Shown: positions 20,263-30,101, counted from the first letter of the stretch. The stretch is 64,000 bases of DNA from Bacteroidia bacterium (GCA_965216465.1 CBDCFW010000004.1:235464-299463); one strand, 5' to 3'. Notes: generated by a model from the sequence alone, not told the origin. Made by a program: numbers and translations.

Positions 20263-21687
20263 ATGAAATTGAATAAATTCACAGTTTACATTCTTGCAGC
20301 AGCATTCATGCTGCCTGTAGCTTGTAAGAAAGAAAAATCATCAACTACCGGTTGGAATTACAACGATTCTAAGTGGGGTGGTTTTGAAAAACATGAGTAT
20401 GCTGGTCAGGAAACTGGTCCAGGTTTGGTTTTGGTTCATGGTGGTACGTTTACAATGGGGTCATCAGAACAAGATGTTACATACGAACACAACAACATTG
20501 AAAGAAAGGTTACAGTTCCGTCATTCTATATGGACGAAACTGAAGTAACCAACAATCATTATAGAGAATATGTATGGTGGTTGAAGCGTGTATACATTGA
20601 CTACCCTGAAGTTGCTACAAACGCTCTTCCAGACACCTTAGTTTGGAGAAACCGCTTGGCTTACAATGAGCCTTATGTAGACTACTACTTCAGACACCCA
20701 GCTTATCAAGATTATCCTGTAGTTGGTGTGAACTGGCAACAAGCTACACAATATGCGGCTTGGAGAACTGACCGTGTTAACGAAATGATTTTGATTAGAG
20801 AAGGTATTTTAGAGCCGGATCCAGATCAAATGAATGAAGCTGGTTTTAACACCGGAGCATATTACGTCGGTCAGCACGACGGTCTTATCTTTGGTAAGCA
20901 CCAAATGAAAGACTACAGAATTAAGCGTGGTGGTACAAGAGATGTAAGAATGGAAGACGGTATTATGCTTCCTGACTACAGGCTTCCAACCGAAGCTGAG
21001 TGGGAATTTGCTGCTCAAGCTAACATTGGGGCTACAACGTACGAAAACGTTAACCAAAAGAAAATCTACTCTTGGGAAGGTTTGACCATCCGTCATACTG
21101 GAGGAAAAGAGAAAAACAGAGGTTATATCAATGCTAACATCAAAAGAGGTAAGGGTGACCAAGCCGGTGTTGCTGGTAGACTTAATGATAAAGGATTTAT
21201 TACCGTACCAGTTGGTTCTTACTGGCCAAATGATCACGGTTTATATAACATGAGTGGTAACGTATCGGAGTGGGTAATGGATGTTTATCGTCCACTATCT
21301 TATGAAGATATGACAGACTTCAACTCATTTAGAGGTAACTACTTCACCAAGAAAAAATTAGACGAAGACGGTATTGTTGATGTAAAAGACAGTTTAGGAC
21401 GTTTAGTTTATGTTCCTGTAACTGAAGATGAGAACGTAGGTAGAAGAAACTACAAGCGTGCTGATAATATTGGTTACCTTGATGAAGAAGATTACATGGA
21501 CGGTGAACAAGGTTATGAGTACGGGGTTACAACACTTGTAGATAACCAAGCAAGAGTATACAAAGGTGGTTCTTGGAACGATCGAGTATACTGGTCTTCT
21601 CCTGGTACAAGAAGATACTTAGACGAAGAACAGTCTTTATCTACTTTAGGATTTAGATGTGCTATGCATCGTGTGGGTGCACCATAA
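20263..21687 (+). CDS. gldJ: Gliding motility lipoprotein GldJ (SUMF1/FGE domain)
   Basis: Lipobox PVAC, SSTTGWNYND..GGF, FYMDETEVTN, RLPTEAEWE, YNMSGNVSEW; divergent from porU. Confidence 0.85.
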   Translation: MKLNKFTVYILAAAFMLPVACKKEKSSTTGWNYNDSKWGGFEKHEYAGQETGPGLVLVHGGTFTMGSSEQDVTYEHNNIERKVTVPSFYMDETEVTNNHYREYVWWLKRVYIDYPEVATNALPDTLVWRNRLAYNEPYVDYYFRHPAYQDYPVVGVNWQQATQYAAWRTDRVNEMILIREGILEPDPDQMNEAGFNTGAYYVGQHDGLIFGKHQMKDYRIKRGGTRDVRMEDGIMLPDYRLPTEAEWEFAAQANIGATTYENVNQKKIYSWEGLTIRHTGGKEKNRGYINANIKRGKGDQAGVAGRLNDKGFITVPVGSYWPNDHGLYNMSGNVSEWVMDVYRPLSYEDMTDFNSFRGNYFTKKKLDEDGIVDVKDSLGRLVYVPVTEDENVGRRNYKRADNIGYLDEEDYMDGEQGYEYGVTTLVDNQARVYKGGSWNDRVYWSSPGTRRYLDEEQSLSTLGFRCAMHRVGAP

Positions 21688-21707
21688 TTGAATAAAAAAG
21701 AAATTTG

Positions 21708-21742
21708 AAATCCCGGCCTTGAAAAAGGCCGGGATTTTTTTT
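21708..21742 (+). terminator. Intrinsic terminator after gldJ
   Basis: AAATCCCGGCCTT-GAAA-AAGGCCGGGATTT followed by a T-run. Confidence 0.85.
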
Positions 21743-21760
21743 ATCCTTGTATCACACATT

Positions 21761-22114
21761 ATGAAATATTTAAGCCTAATTTTAATCAGTACATTTATCG
21801 TTGGATGTTTTGCATCAAAGACGTCTGTAGATACCGCTGAGCCGTCTGCTCAAGACGTAGTAAACAATGCAATGTCTAAGTTTCCAGGATACTCTGTAGA
21901 TCAATACAATCAAGGAATGCAATTGTATGAAGCCAATTGTACATTGTGTCACGCAGCCAAGGTTCCAGCAGATTATACCGAGGATCAATGGTCAAAGTTG
22001 GTTCCTGGAATGTCTGAAAAGGCAAACAACAAAAAAGGTACATCCATTACTAAGGCTGATGAAGATTTGATTTTCAAATATGTAGTTTCGGTAATGATGA
22101 ATGATAATAGGTAA
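21761..22114 (+). CDS. Small monoheme c-type cytochrome lipoprotein
   Basis: ATG at 21761 gives MKYLSLILISTFIVGC (lipobox); single CTLCH heme motif; downstream Met as possible axial ligand. Confidence 0.75.
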   Translation: MKYLSLILISTFIVGCFASKTSVDTAEPSAQDVVNNAMSKFPGYSVDQYNQGMQLYEANCTLCHAAKVPADYTEDQWSKLVPGMSEKANNKKGTSITKADEDLIFKYVVSVMMNDNR

Positions 22115-22171
22115 CAACCGTTCACCCAAAGCAAAGTTTTTCTTTAAGGTGCCTTGATTAAAAATTTAAAT

Positions 22172-22207
22172 AAAAAAAAGGTCTCAACATGGTTGAGACC
22201 TTTTTTT
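22172..22207. terminator. Bidirectional intrinsic terminator
   Basis: A8-GGTCTCAAC-ATG-GTTGAGACC-T7. Confidence 0.85.
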
Positions 22208-22224
22208 GTAAAAGCACGCTGTGT

Positions 22225-22638
22225 TTAGCAAAACTCTTTGTAAACCTGCTTCAAATGATTTGAAATCATGTCTGCAGAACTTCCTTCGATATGGTGACGT
22301 TCAATAAAGTGAACTAATTCGCCATCTTTAAATAATCCAATACTTGGAGATGAAGGAGGATATGGTAATAAGTATTCTCTCGCTTTCGCTGTAGCTTCAC
22401 CATCTTGACCTGCAAATACCGTATAAAGGTTATCAGGTTGTTTGTCGCCACTTAAAGAAGCAACAGCTCCTGGACGTGCATTTCCTGCGGCACACCCACA
22501 TACACTATTTACAACTAATAAAGCCGTTCCTGTTGACGAATCTAAAACATCAGTAACAGCGTTTGCGTCTCTTAATTCGGTAAAACCATTATTGGTTAGA
22601 TCAGCTCTCATTGGAGCAACTAGTTCTTCTGGATACAT
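22225..22638 (-). CDS. BrxA/BrxB (YphP) family bacilliredoxin
   Basis: MYPEELVAPMR, VNSVCGCAAG.ARP, PPSSPS..LFKDG. Confidence 0.92.
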   Translation of the reverse strand: MYPEELVAPMRADLTNNGFTELRDANAVTDVLDSSTGTALLVVNSVCGCAAGNARPGAVASLSGDKQPDNLYTVFAGQDGEATAKAREYLLPYPPSSPSIGLFKDGELVHFIERHHIEGSSADMISNHLKQVYKEFC

Positions 22639-22726
22639 CGATGTAATTTAATTTATTGCAAATATGCAACAAATAACCCCATGTGATTGTTTATTAAATG
22701 CTAATTTTGCAAACTGTTTTATAAAT

Positions 22727-24037
22727 ATGAATACACAAACAATGACAAACTACAAGGTTAAGGACATTTCGTTGGCCGATTGGGGACGAAAAGAAATCAG
22801 GTTGGCTGAGGCAGAAATGCCAGGTTTAATGTCACTTAGAGAAGAGTATGGCGATAGTAAACCGCTAAAAGGAGCACGTATCGCAGGTTGTCTTCATATG
22901 ACCATTCAAACCGCTGTGTTAATCGAAACATTACAAGCTTTAGGTGCGGAGGTTACTTGGAGTTCATGTAACATCTTTTCTACGCAAGATCAAGCTGCCG
23001 CTGCAATTGCTGCTACAGGTACGCCAGTTTTTGCTTGGAAAGGAATGAACGAGGAAGAGTTCGATTGGTGTATTGAGCAAACGCTTACAGCATTTGAAGG
23101 AGGAAAGCCATTGAACATGATTCTTGACGATGGGGGTGACCTTACCAATATGGTTTTAGATCGCTATCCAGAGTTAGTAGAAGGTATTAAAGGAATTTCA
23201 GAAGAGACTACAACTGGAGTATTAAGATTATATGATCGTGTTAAAGGTGGTACACTTCCTCTTCCAGCGATTAATATCAATGACTCTGTTACTAAGTCAA
23301 AATTTGATAACAAATACGGTTGTAAAGAAAGTGCAGTAGATGCAATTCGTAGAGCAACTGACGTAATGATTGCAGGTAAAGTTGCAGTTGTTGCAGGTTA
23401 TGGAGATGTAGGAAAAGGTACTGCAGCTTCATTAGCAGGAGCAGGAGCTCGCGTTATTGTTACTGAAATTGATCCGATTTGTGCTTTACAAGCCGCAATG
23501 GACGGATATGAAGTGAAAACCATGGAGAATGCGATTCCAAGAGCTAACATCGTTGTTACCGCAACAGGTAATAAAGATATCCTAACAGAGAAGCACTTTA
23601 AAGCGATGAACGATAAAACTATCGTTTGTAATATTGGTCACTTCGATAATGAGATTGATGTAGCATACTTAAATAATAACTACGGAGAATCTAAATATGA
23701 GGTTAAGCCACAAGTTGATGTTTACAATGTAGATGGAAATGAAATAATTCTATTGGCAGAAGGTAGATTGGTAAACTTAGGATGTGCTACAGGTCATCCA
23801 AGTTTTGTAATGAGTAATTCATTTACAAACCAAACACTTGCACAAATGGAATTGTGGAATAACACAGATCAATACGAGAATCAAGTTTACATGTTGCCTA
23901 AGCACTTAGATGAGAAAGTAGCAAAATTACACTTGGCTAAGATTGGTGTTGAATTAGAGCAAATGTCTGAAGAGCAGGCTGCATACATTGGCGTTAATGT
24001 AGATGGTCCGTTCAAGCCAGAACATTATAGATACTAA
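22727..24037 (+). CDS. ahcY: Adenosylhomocysteinase
   Basis: [53 protein letters not shown]; TAATTTTG box at 22702-22709 places the start at 22727. Confidence 0.97.
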   Translation: MNTQTMTNYKVKDISLADWGRKEIRLAEAEMPGLMSLREEYGDSKPLKGARIAGCLHMTIQTAVLIETLQALGAEVTWSSCNIFSTQDQAAAAIAATGTPVFAWKGMNEEEFDWCIEQTLTAFEGGKPLNMILDDGGDLTNMVLDRYPELVEGIKGISEETTTGVLRLYDRVKGGTLPLPAININDSVTKSKFDNKYGCKESAVDAIRRATDVMIAGKVAVVAGYGDVGKGTAASLAGAGARVIVTEIDPICALQAAMDGYEVKTMENAIPRANIVVTATGNKDILTEKHFKAMNDKTIVCNIGHFDNEIDVAYLNNNYGESKYEVKPQVDVYNVDGNEIILLAEGRLVNLGCATGHPSFVMSNSFTNQTLAQMELWNNTDQYENQVYMLPKHLDEKVAKLHLAKIGVELEQMSEEQAAYIGVNVDGPFKPEHYRY

Positions 24038-24059
24038 TATCAATTGCAAAAGATAAGAG

Positions 24060-24089
24060 AAAGCCTTTCCGTTTGGGAAGGCTTTTTTT
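24060..24089. terminator. Intrinsic terminator after ahcY
   Basis: AAAGCCTTTCC-GTTT-GGGAAGGCTTT followed by a T-run. Confidence 0.8.
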
Positions 24090-24807
24090 ATTTTATACGA
24101 AATACCCCACGAGTGCCTCGCGTTAAAAATACTTTGTCAGCATTTTCAATATCGTCACGGGTAATTAATTTCTGGTCTAGCTGAAATCCATAGTTCCCTA
24201 AAATGTAGCGCTGTGTAGCACCATGAACGCCACCGCATTTGGGGTGAGGTACAATAATATCTTCAGTGCCATTCATTAGAATTATGTTGCTGCTAACTTC
24301 TTCACAAATTTCGTTTTTGTCGTTGGTTATGAATAAGTAGTCAAGATTAAGCTCTTCCTTCTTTTTAGACGCTAAAACATAATAGATGCTCGATAGACTT
24401 TTTACGGTTAACCAATCAACCATAGGTTTCGGTTTGTCGTAAAATCCATAATTGCCTTTAAACAAAGGGGCTTTGTTGAGCTCTGCAGCTAGGTCAAGAA
24501 CAGTGGGAAGAAAGAAATCGTGGCTTGCTTCTTTATAGGAGTGGTTAAACGCAACTTCATTTTGATCTGGGAGATAGGTGCCAAACCCTTCTCGGAAAAA
24601 GTTCATTCTAAAAATACCATTAGCACCATAGTTCTTCGCGGTTGAAAGAATGAGTTCTTCATCGATGGTAAATTGAGGTTCCATGTCGTAAATTTCAAAT
24701 CCGTCTAATATTCGTTCAACATGGTAGTAATTAAGTGGAACGTTCTGATCTACAATGCGTATGGTCTCAAAAAAACCATCGCCATATAAAAAGCCTCGAT
24801 TCATCAT
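24088..24807 (-). CDS. Aminotransferase class IV (PabC / branched-chain aminotransferase-like)
   Basis: NRGFLYGDGFFETIR, H..R, E...SNI, G..G.T motifs. Confidence 0.8.
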   Translation of the reverse strand: MMNRGFLYGDGFFETIRIVDQNVPLNYYHVERILDGFEIYDMEPQFTIDEELILSTAKNYGANGIFRMNFFREGFGTYLPDQNEVAFNHSYKEASHDFFLPTVLDLAAELNKAPLFKGNYGFYDKPKPMVDWLTVKSLSSIYYVLASKKKEELNLDYLFITNDKNEICEEVSSNIILMNGTEDIIVPHPKCGGVHGATQRYILGNYGFQLDQKLITRDDIENADKVFLTRGTRGVFRIK

Positions 24808-24884
24808 GGTGTAGCAATATTAGACAAGATGATTTGAATTCAATAAATACAATCAAATAATCGCAATTCCCAAAAACAATAAAA

Positions 24885-24937
24885 ATCCCAAAAAGAGAAT
24901 GAAATCTCAAAAAAGGACAAATTTCTCATGTTTGGAT
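24885..24937. promoter_or_regulatory. Phased upstream activator-like sites, unit 1
   Basis: ATCCC-AAAAA-GAGAA (24885), ATCTC-AAAAA-AGGAC (24904), TTCTC-ATGTT-TGGAT (24923): 19-bp period, variants of palindrome GTCTC-N5-GAGAC. Confidence 0.55.
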
Positions 24938-24988
24938 ATTGTTGGCACGGCTCGGTTAATTTGTTTCTGTTGTTTGTAATACGCAGAA

Positions 24989-25001
24989 AATCAATGTATT
25001 G
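24989..25001 (+). promoter_or_regulatory. IHF-like binding site, unit 1
   Basis: AATCAATGTATTG matches WATCAANNNNTTR exactly; a related AATCAGTGGTTA is at the equivalent place in unit 2 (25399). Confidence 0.5.
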
Positions 25002-25040
25002 TGTGCGGTTCGAAGTGCTTATGAAATTGATTTTGCGGTT

Positions 25041-25057
25041 TTGGCACCGCTATTGGA
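25041..25057 (+). promoter_or_regulatory. Sigma54-type -24/-12 promoter, unit 1
   Basis: TTGGCACCGCTATTGGA: GG-N10-GG with TGGCAC and TTG conserved (the -12 is GG rather than GC). Confidence 0.7.
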
Positions 25058-25067
25058 TAGTATATGG

Positions 25068-25251
25068 CAGATTAAGTTCTATTGAAATTTGACCATATTA
25101 ACCATCTGTCGAAAGGCAGAAAATATATAAGAAGTTGATAAAACAACAAACTACTACTACTAACTATTTGAATTAAACGAATTTTTTGTTTTTTCATTAT
25201 TAACCATTACGTTTTACATTAAAAGCTCTGCCGCAAAGCAGGGCTTTTTTT
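25068..25251 (+). ncRNA. Putative sigma54-dependent small RNA, copy 1 (~185 nt)
   Basis: Bounded by the promoter and a terminator (AAGCTCTGC-CGCAAA-GCAGGGCTT-T run); contains CTGTC-GAAA-GGCAG hairpin, and 41-nt and 20-nt boxes identical to copy 2. Confidence 0.65.
25221..25251 (+). terminator. Intrinsic terminator, unit 1
   Basis: AAAAGCTCTGC-CGCAAA-GCAGGGCTTTTTTT. Confidence 0.85.
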
Positions 25252-25294
25252 ATGCTCTGAATTTAAGGATCTCGTAATTACAGAAACGAGAAAA

Positions 25295-25347
25295 GTCTAA
25301 AAAAGAGACAAGAATCTAAAAAAGAGACGAAATGTTGATTTTTGGAA
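25295..25347. promoter_or_regulatory. Phased upstream activator-like sites, unit 2
   Basis: GTCTA-AAAAA-GAGAC (25295), ATCTA-AAAAA-GAGAC (25314), degenerate TGTTG-ATTTT-TGGAA (25333): 19-bp period, same distance to the promoter as in unit 1 (within 1 bp). Confidence 0.55.
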
Positions 25348-25451
25348 TAGGGATTCGTGTCTCAAAAATTTCGTTATATATATTTGTAAACTGCACATAA
25401 TCAGTGGTTAATGATGCAATTTCGGGTAATTGTTACACCAATTTTTCTTTT

Positions 25452-25468
25452 TTGGCACTGGTATTGGA
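25452..25468 (+). promoter_or_regulatory. Sigma54-type -24/-12 promoter, unit 2
   Basis: TTGGCACTGGTATTGGA, same spacing as unit 1. Confidence 0.7.
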
Positions 25469-25478
25469 TACTATATAC

Positions 25479-25667
25479 CAGATTACGTTCTACCGAATTT
25501 TGAAATAATTACCTCAGACAACCGAAAGGTTCGACAGAGTTTATATATAAAGAAGTTGATAAAACAACAAACTACTACTACTAACTATTTTTTGATGAAT
25601 CTTTAAGATTCGATTATTAACCATTACGTTTTTTAATTAAGCCCAGACAGAATCGTCTGGGCTTTTT
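25479..25667 (+). ncRNA. Putative sigma54-dependent small RNA, copy 2 (~190 nt)
   Basis: Starts CAGATTACGTTCTA like copy 1; AACC-GAAA-GGTT hairpin; invariant boxes at 25550-25590 and 25613-25632; ends in a terminator. Confidence 0.65.
25639..25667 (+). terminator. Intrinsic terminator, unit 2
   Basis: AAGCCCAGAC-AGAATC-GTCTGGGCTTTTT. Confidence 0.85.
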
Positions 25668-25733
25668 ATTTGCTCTTATTTTCCAATATTTAATCTTTGG
25701 AGTTTCCTTTATCTTTGCACCCCAATTTATCAT

Positions 25734-28700
25734 ATGGAAAATACACCAGCTTATACCCCAAATAATAAAGTTAGAGTTGTTACTGCAGCTTCTCTGTTTG
25801 ATGGACACGATGCCGCTATTAATGTTATGCGTCGTATTATTCAAGCAACAGGTTGTGAGGTAATACATCTTGGCCATGATAGAAGTGCTGAAGAAGTAGT
25901 GAATACTGCAATTCAGGAAGACGCTAACGCTATCGCCATGACTAGCTATCAAGGGGGACATAATGAATATTTTAAATATATGTATGATCTGCTTAAAGAA
26001 AAAGGGGCAGGCCATATTAAACTCTTCGGTGGAGGAGGTGGTACTATTCTTCCTTCAGAAATTGAAGATCTAGAGAACTACGGTATCGCAAAAATCTACC
26101 ATCCAGACGATGGAAGAGCTATGGGGCTGCAAGGTATGATTAACGACCTTGTTCAAAAATCTGATTTTCCAACCGGTTATGGATTGAATGGTGAGGTAGA
26201 AAGCTTTAGAGATCGAAATAAGATGTCGATTGCTAAGGTCATTTCTGCGGCAGAAAACTTTCCTGAAGAGAACAAAGCACTACTTGATGGCATTAAGGCT
26301 GAAGCTCAGGCTATTAGCACTCCAGTTTTGGGAATCACAGGTACAGGTGGAGCAGGTAAGAGTAGTTTAGTTGATGAATTGGTACGTCGATTTTTATTAG
26401 ACTTTCCAGAAAAGAACATTGCCATTATTTCTGTTGATCCTTCAAAAAGAAAAACGGGTGGGGCACTTTTGGGTGATCGAATTCGAATGAATAGTATTCG
26501 TAACGATCGTGTTTATATGCGCTCATTGGCAACGCGTCAGGCTAATCTAGCACTTTCAGCTCATATCGATACGGCGAAAGACATTCTCAAGGTAGCAGGT
26601 TACGATTTGATTATTCTTGAAACATCAGGTATTGGTCAAAGTGATACGGAAATTACAGACCATAGTGATTTAAGTCTGTATGTGATGACACCTGAGTATG
26701 GGGCGGCTACACAGTTGGAGAAAATTGACATGCTTGATTTTGCAGATGTCATTGCCATCAACAAGTTTGACAAGCGTGGAGCTCTGGATGCCTTGCGTGA
26801 TGTAAAAAAACAATTTCAACGCAACCACAAAAGGTTTGAAGAAGATGCTGATACAATGCCTGTTTATGGCACAATTGCGAGTCAATTTAATGACCCTGGC
26901 GTTAATGCATTGTATGCTAAGCTGATTGATACGATTAATACAAAAACTGAACATCAGTTTGACACTTCATACTCAACCGAACAAGAGCTCTCTGAGAAGA
27001 TATACATCATCCCACCGAAGCGTGTTCGATACCTTTCTGAAATTGCAGAGAATAATAGAGGCTACGACGAGTGGGCTAAAAAACAAAGTGAAATTGCTCA
27101 GAAGCTGTATGGACTAAAAAAGACTATCAGCACCATTCAAGAAACAGCAGTTACAGACGGAGACCGCTTGATTAAAGATCTTGAAGAAACCTATAGCAAG
27201 ATTGCCTTGGACTTTGATCCAAAGTTGCAAAAATTGATTGATGAATGGGATAGTATAAAAGAAGCATATGCCAACGATATTTACACTTACCTGGTACGTA
27301 ACAAGGAGATAAAGGTTGAAACTAAAACTACTTCATTATCGCACCAAAAAATCAGTAAGGTTGCTTTACCAAAATACGAAGCCTGGGGAGATGTATTGCG
27401 GTGGAATTTGCAAGAAAATGTTCCTGGGAAGTTTCCGTTTACAGCAGGTATCTATCCATTTAAGCGACAAGGTGAGGACCCTACTCGAATGTTTGCGGGA
27501 GAAGGTGGTCCTGAAAGAACGAATAAACGTTTTCACTACCTGAGCAGCGATATGCCTGCAAAGCGATTAAGTACGGCATTTGACTCGGTTACTCTATATG
27601 GTAATGACCCAGACTATCGTCCTGATATTTACGGTAAAATTGGAAATGCAGGTGTAAGTATCTGCTGTTTAGATGATGCTAAAAAACTCTATTCTGGATT
27701 CAACTTGGCAAATCCTATGACTTCAGTGTCTATGACGATTAATGGTCCAGCTCCAATGTTGTTGGGTTATTTTATGAATGCAGCAATTGACCAGCAATGT
27801 GAGATCTACATCAAAGAAAATGGGCTAGAGGATGATGTCAAAAAGAAAATTGATGCTTACTTCAAGGAACGAAATTCAGAACAACCTAAATACAATGGTG
27901 AGCTTCCAGCAGGGAACGATGGTTTAGGATTGATGTTACTTGGTTTGACCGGTGATAAAGTATTGCCAGCTGAGGTATATGCCGAAATCAAAAAGAATAC
28001 CTTAGCTCAAGTGAGAGGAACTGTTCAGGCAGATATTCTAAAAGAAGACCAAGCTCAAAATACATGCATTTTCTCAACGGAGTTTGCCCTTCGACTAATG
28101 GGTGATGTTCAGCAGTATTTCAATCAAAATAATGTAAGAAACTTCTATTCTGTTTCTATATCAGGTTATCATATAGCAGAAGCTGGAGCAAATCCAATTA
28201 CTCAATTGGCATTTACTTTAGCTAATGGATTCACTTATGTAGAATACTACTTAAGTAGAGGAATGAATATCAACGACTTTGGGCCAAATCTAAGCTTCTT
28301 TTTCTCGAATGGAATTGATCCAGAGTATGCAGTAATTGGTAGAGTTGCTCGTAGAATTTGGGCTAAAGCCATGAAGTTGAAATACGGAGCTAATGAGCGA
28401 AGCCAAATGTTGAAATACCACATTCAAACAAGTGGTAGAAGTTTACACGCTCAAGAAATCGACTTTAACGATATAAGAACTACGTTGCAGGCACTTTATG
28501 CAATTTATGACAACTGTAACAGTTTGCATACCAATGCGTACGACGAGGCAATTACTACACCTACTGAAGAGAGTGTGCGACGAGCGGTAGCCATTCAACT
28601 AATTATTAATCGTGAATTGGGTCTTGCTAAAAATGAGAACCCATTGCAGGGTTCATTTATTATTGAAGAGTTGACTGATTTAGTTGAAGAAGCTGTGTTG

Positions 28701-29114
28701 CAAGAGTTTGATCGAATTACTGAAAGAGGGGGGGTGTTAGGAGCTATGGAAACGATGTACCAACGTAGTAAAATTCAGGAAGAAAGCTTGTATTACGAAA
28801 CACTTAAACATACTGGCGAATACCCAATTATTGGTGTAAACACTTTCTTGAGCTCTAAAGGATCACCAACCATCTTACCGAAAGAGGTAATAAGAGCTAC
28901 AGAAGATGAGAAGAAATTCCAGATCAATACATTGCAGTCGCTTAATACCCGCAACGAAGAAGAAGCGAATACTCAGCTTAAGAATATACAGCAAGTTGCA
29001 TTAGACAATGGAAATGTATTTGAAGCTTTGATGGAAGTTTCGAAGTATTGTTCTCTCGGACAAATTACGAATGCTCTGTTCGAAGTTGGTGGCCAATACC
29101 GACGAAATATGTAA
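25734..29114 (+). CDS. icmF: Fused isobutyryl-CoA mutase / MeaB-like GTPase (B12-dependent)
   Basis: N-terminal B12-binding [21 protein letters not shown]-loop, VDPS, ETSGIGQ, C-terminal mutase [24 protein letters not shown]; own TATCTTTG box at 25710-25717. Confidence 0.92.
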   Translation: MENTPAYTPNNKVRVVTAASLFDGHDAAINVMRRIIQATGCEVIHLGHDRSAEEVVNTAIQEDANAIAMTSYQGGHNEYFKYMYDLLKEKGAGHIKLFGGGGGTILPSEIEDLENYGIAKIYHPDDGRAMGLQGMINDLVQKSDFPTGYGLNGEVESFRDRNKMSIAKVISAAENFPEENKALLDGIKAEAQAISTPVLGITGTGGAGKSSLVDELVRRFLLDFPEKNIAIISVDPSKRKTGGALLGDRIRMNSIRNDRVYMRSLATRQANLALSAHIDTAKDILKVAGYDLIILETSGIGQSDTEITDHSDLSLYVMTPEYGAATQLEKIDMLDFADVIAINKFDKRGALDALRDVKKQFQRNHKRFEEDADTMPVYGTIASQFNDPGVNALYAKLIDTINTKTEHQFDTSYSTEQELSEKIYIIPPKRVRYLSEIAENNRGYDEWAKKQSEIAQKLYGLKKTISTIQETAVTDGDRLIKDLEETYSKIALDFDPKLQKLIDEWDSIKEAYANDIYTYLVRNKEIKVETKTTSLSHQKISKVALPKYEAWGDVLRWNLQENVPGKFPFTAGIYPFKRQGEDPTRMFAGEGGPERTNKRFHYLSSDMPAKRLSTAFDSVTLYGNDPDYRPDIYGKIGNAGVSICCLDDAKKLYSGFNLANPMTSVSMTINGPAPMLLGYFMNAAIDQQCEIYIKENGLEDDVKKKIDAYFKERNSEQPKYNGELPAGNDGLGLMLLGLTGDKVLPAEVYAEIKKNTLAQVRGTVQADILKEDQAQNTCIFSTEFALRLMGDVQQYFNQNNVRNFYSVSISGYHIAEAGANPITQLAFTLANGFTYVEYYLSRGMNINDFGPNLSFFFSNGIDPEYAVIGRVARRIWAKAMKLKYGANERSQMLKYHIQTSGRSLHAQEIDFNDIRTTLQALYAIYDNCNSLHTNAYDEAITTPTEESVRRAVAIQLIINRELGLAKNENPLQGSFIIEELTDLVEEAVLQEFDRITERGGVLGAMETMYQRSKIQEESLYYETLKHTGEYPIIGVNTFLSSKGSPTILPKEVIRATEDEKKFQINTLQSLNTRNEEEANTQLKNIQQVALDNGNVFEALMEVSKYCSLGQITNALFEVGGQYRRNM

Positions 29115-29117
29115 TTG

Positions 29118-29972
29118 TTAATACGTATTCGTAACATCTTCATCAACAACGATGATGAAGTCTGCTTTTCCTTCGTGTGCTGAATCTAAAGTGTTTATAT
29201 CAGACTGAACAACAGTTGAGATGTTTGCACATTTAAACTCAGGATTTAACAAGTTCAAATACCACATTATCCCTTCTTTGTAGTCGCTATGAAATGAACC
29301 GTTATAGTGCATAAATAGATGGTCTTTTTGATAATTCATTGCAATAAAGTGAGCCATGGTAGCGTCTTTAATAGCCTGTGCCATAACCAACCTTGGAGAA
29401 CCATGATCACCCATCATTTTTAGTATACTTTGATAAGTAGGTAATTCAGGGTCAAATGTTATTGGTAAAGGTGCCATCCAGCTTTTTTCGAGGTTGGTGA
29501 GCGTATCCAGAGCTTCAAATCCTCCTTTGTATACTTTATTAGCATAGCGTCGTGGAATATTAGTGGCAGCAAATCTTAGTCCGTTTTCTTTGGCATAATT
29601 AACGAGCGGAGCGTAGTCAGTTTTGTAGTTATTCCAAAGTCGAGCCAGTGTATCTAATCCTTTTTGGTCAATAGAATCTTTTAAATATAGTTGAAGTGCT
29701 TCTGCATTATCTGCTTCAAACATTTCAGCCCCTAATTGTAAATCCCTTGTTTGGTCTAGATCCTTCGTGAGCTCAAGTTGCAACCAGTGAGCAATGGCAT
29801 TATTATGTAACTCACCAAAGAATACCACATCTTGCTTTGCCATGTGCTTCATCATCTTTTTATAAGTTGTTGATTTTCCATTGGACTTATAAATTTTGTA
29901 TGCAACCTTTTTTTGAGCAAAGGCACTTAAAAGAAAGAAAAGTGCTGAAAATAAGAGGATTGATCTTTTCAT
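29118..29972 (-). CDS. ChaN family (heme/iron-associated) exported protein
   Basis: DVVFFGELHNN..AHWLQ, GAEMFE, DYAPLV, NIPRRYA, AQAIKDATMA, NGSFHSDY. Confidence 0.85.
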   Translation of the reverse strand: MKRSILLFSALFFLLSAFAQKKVAYKIYKSNGKSTTYKKMMKHMAKQDVVFFGELHNNAIAHWLQLELTKDLDQTRDLQLGAEMFEADNAEALQLYLKDSIDQKGLDTLARLWNNYKTDYAPLVNYAKENGLRFAATNIPRRYANKVYKGGFEALDTLTNLEKSWMAPLPITFDPELPTYQSILKMMGDHGSPRLVMAQAIKDATMAHFIAMNYQKDHLFMHYNGSFHSDYKEGIMWYLNLLNPEFKCANISTVVQSDINTLDSAHEGKADFIIVVDEDVTNTY

Positions 29973-30101
29973 TTATCGGATTAACTTGAGGTCAAAATTA
30001 TCCAATAAATTGAGAAGAGAATGGAATCTAGTTTCATCATGACATTAATTCAACGCAATGAAACGAGAAATAAACAAAGTCAATAGTATATTTGATAGCC
30101 A

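Noticed and set aside
21719-21760. N-terminal extension of the cytochrome c ORF
   Set aside because: Lies inside the gldJ terminator; the ATG at 21761 gives a proper lipoprotein signal
24942-24957. Extra TTGGCACG sigma54 -24 element
   Set aside because: No TTG(C/G) at the -12 position and no counterpart in unit 2
25135-25176. Attenuator leader peptide (TTG-started MIKQQTTTTNYLN, or the YYY-stop frame) in the invariant box
   Set aside because: No ATG; unit 1 has no downstream gene; icmF is unrelated to Thr/Tyr synthesis and has its own promoter; no antiterminator seen
25129-25632. Repeated 41-nt and 20-nt boxes as a CRISPR array
   Set aside because: Only two copies about 420 bp apart, no repeat-spacer periodicity and no cas genes in the window
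25479-25733. Cobalamin riboswitch upstream of B12-dependent icmF
   Set aside because: No recognisable B12-box or conserved cobalamin riboswitch core; the region is AT-rich and duplicated with its own promoter
25617-26015. 132-aa minus-strand ORF
   Set aside because: Antisense shadow of icmF that runs through a terminator; no recognisable motifs
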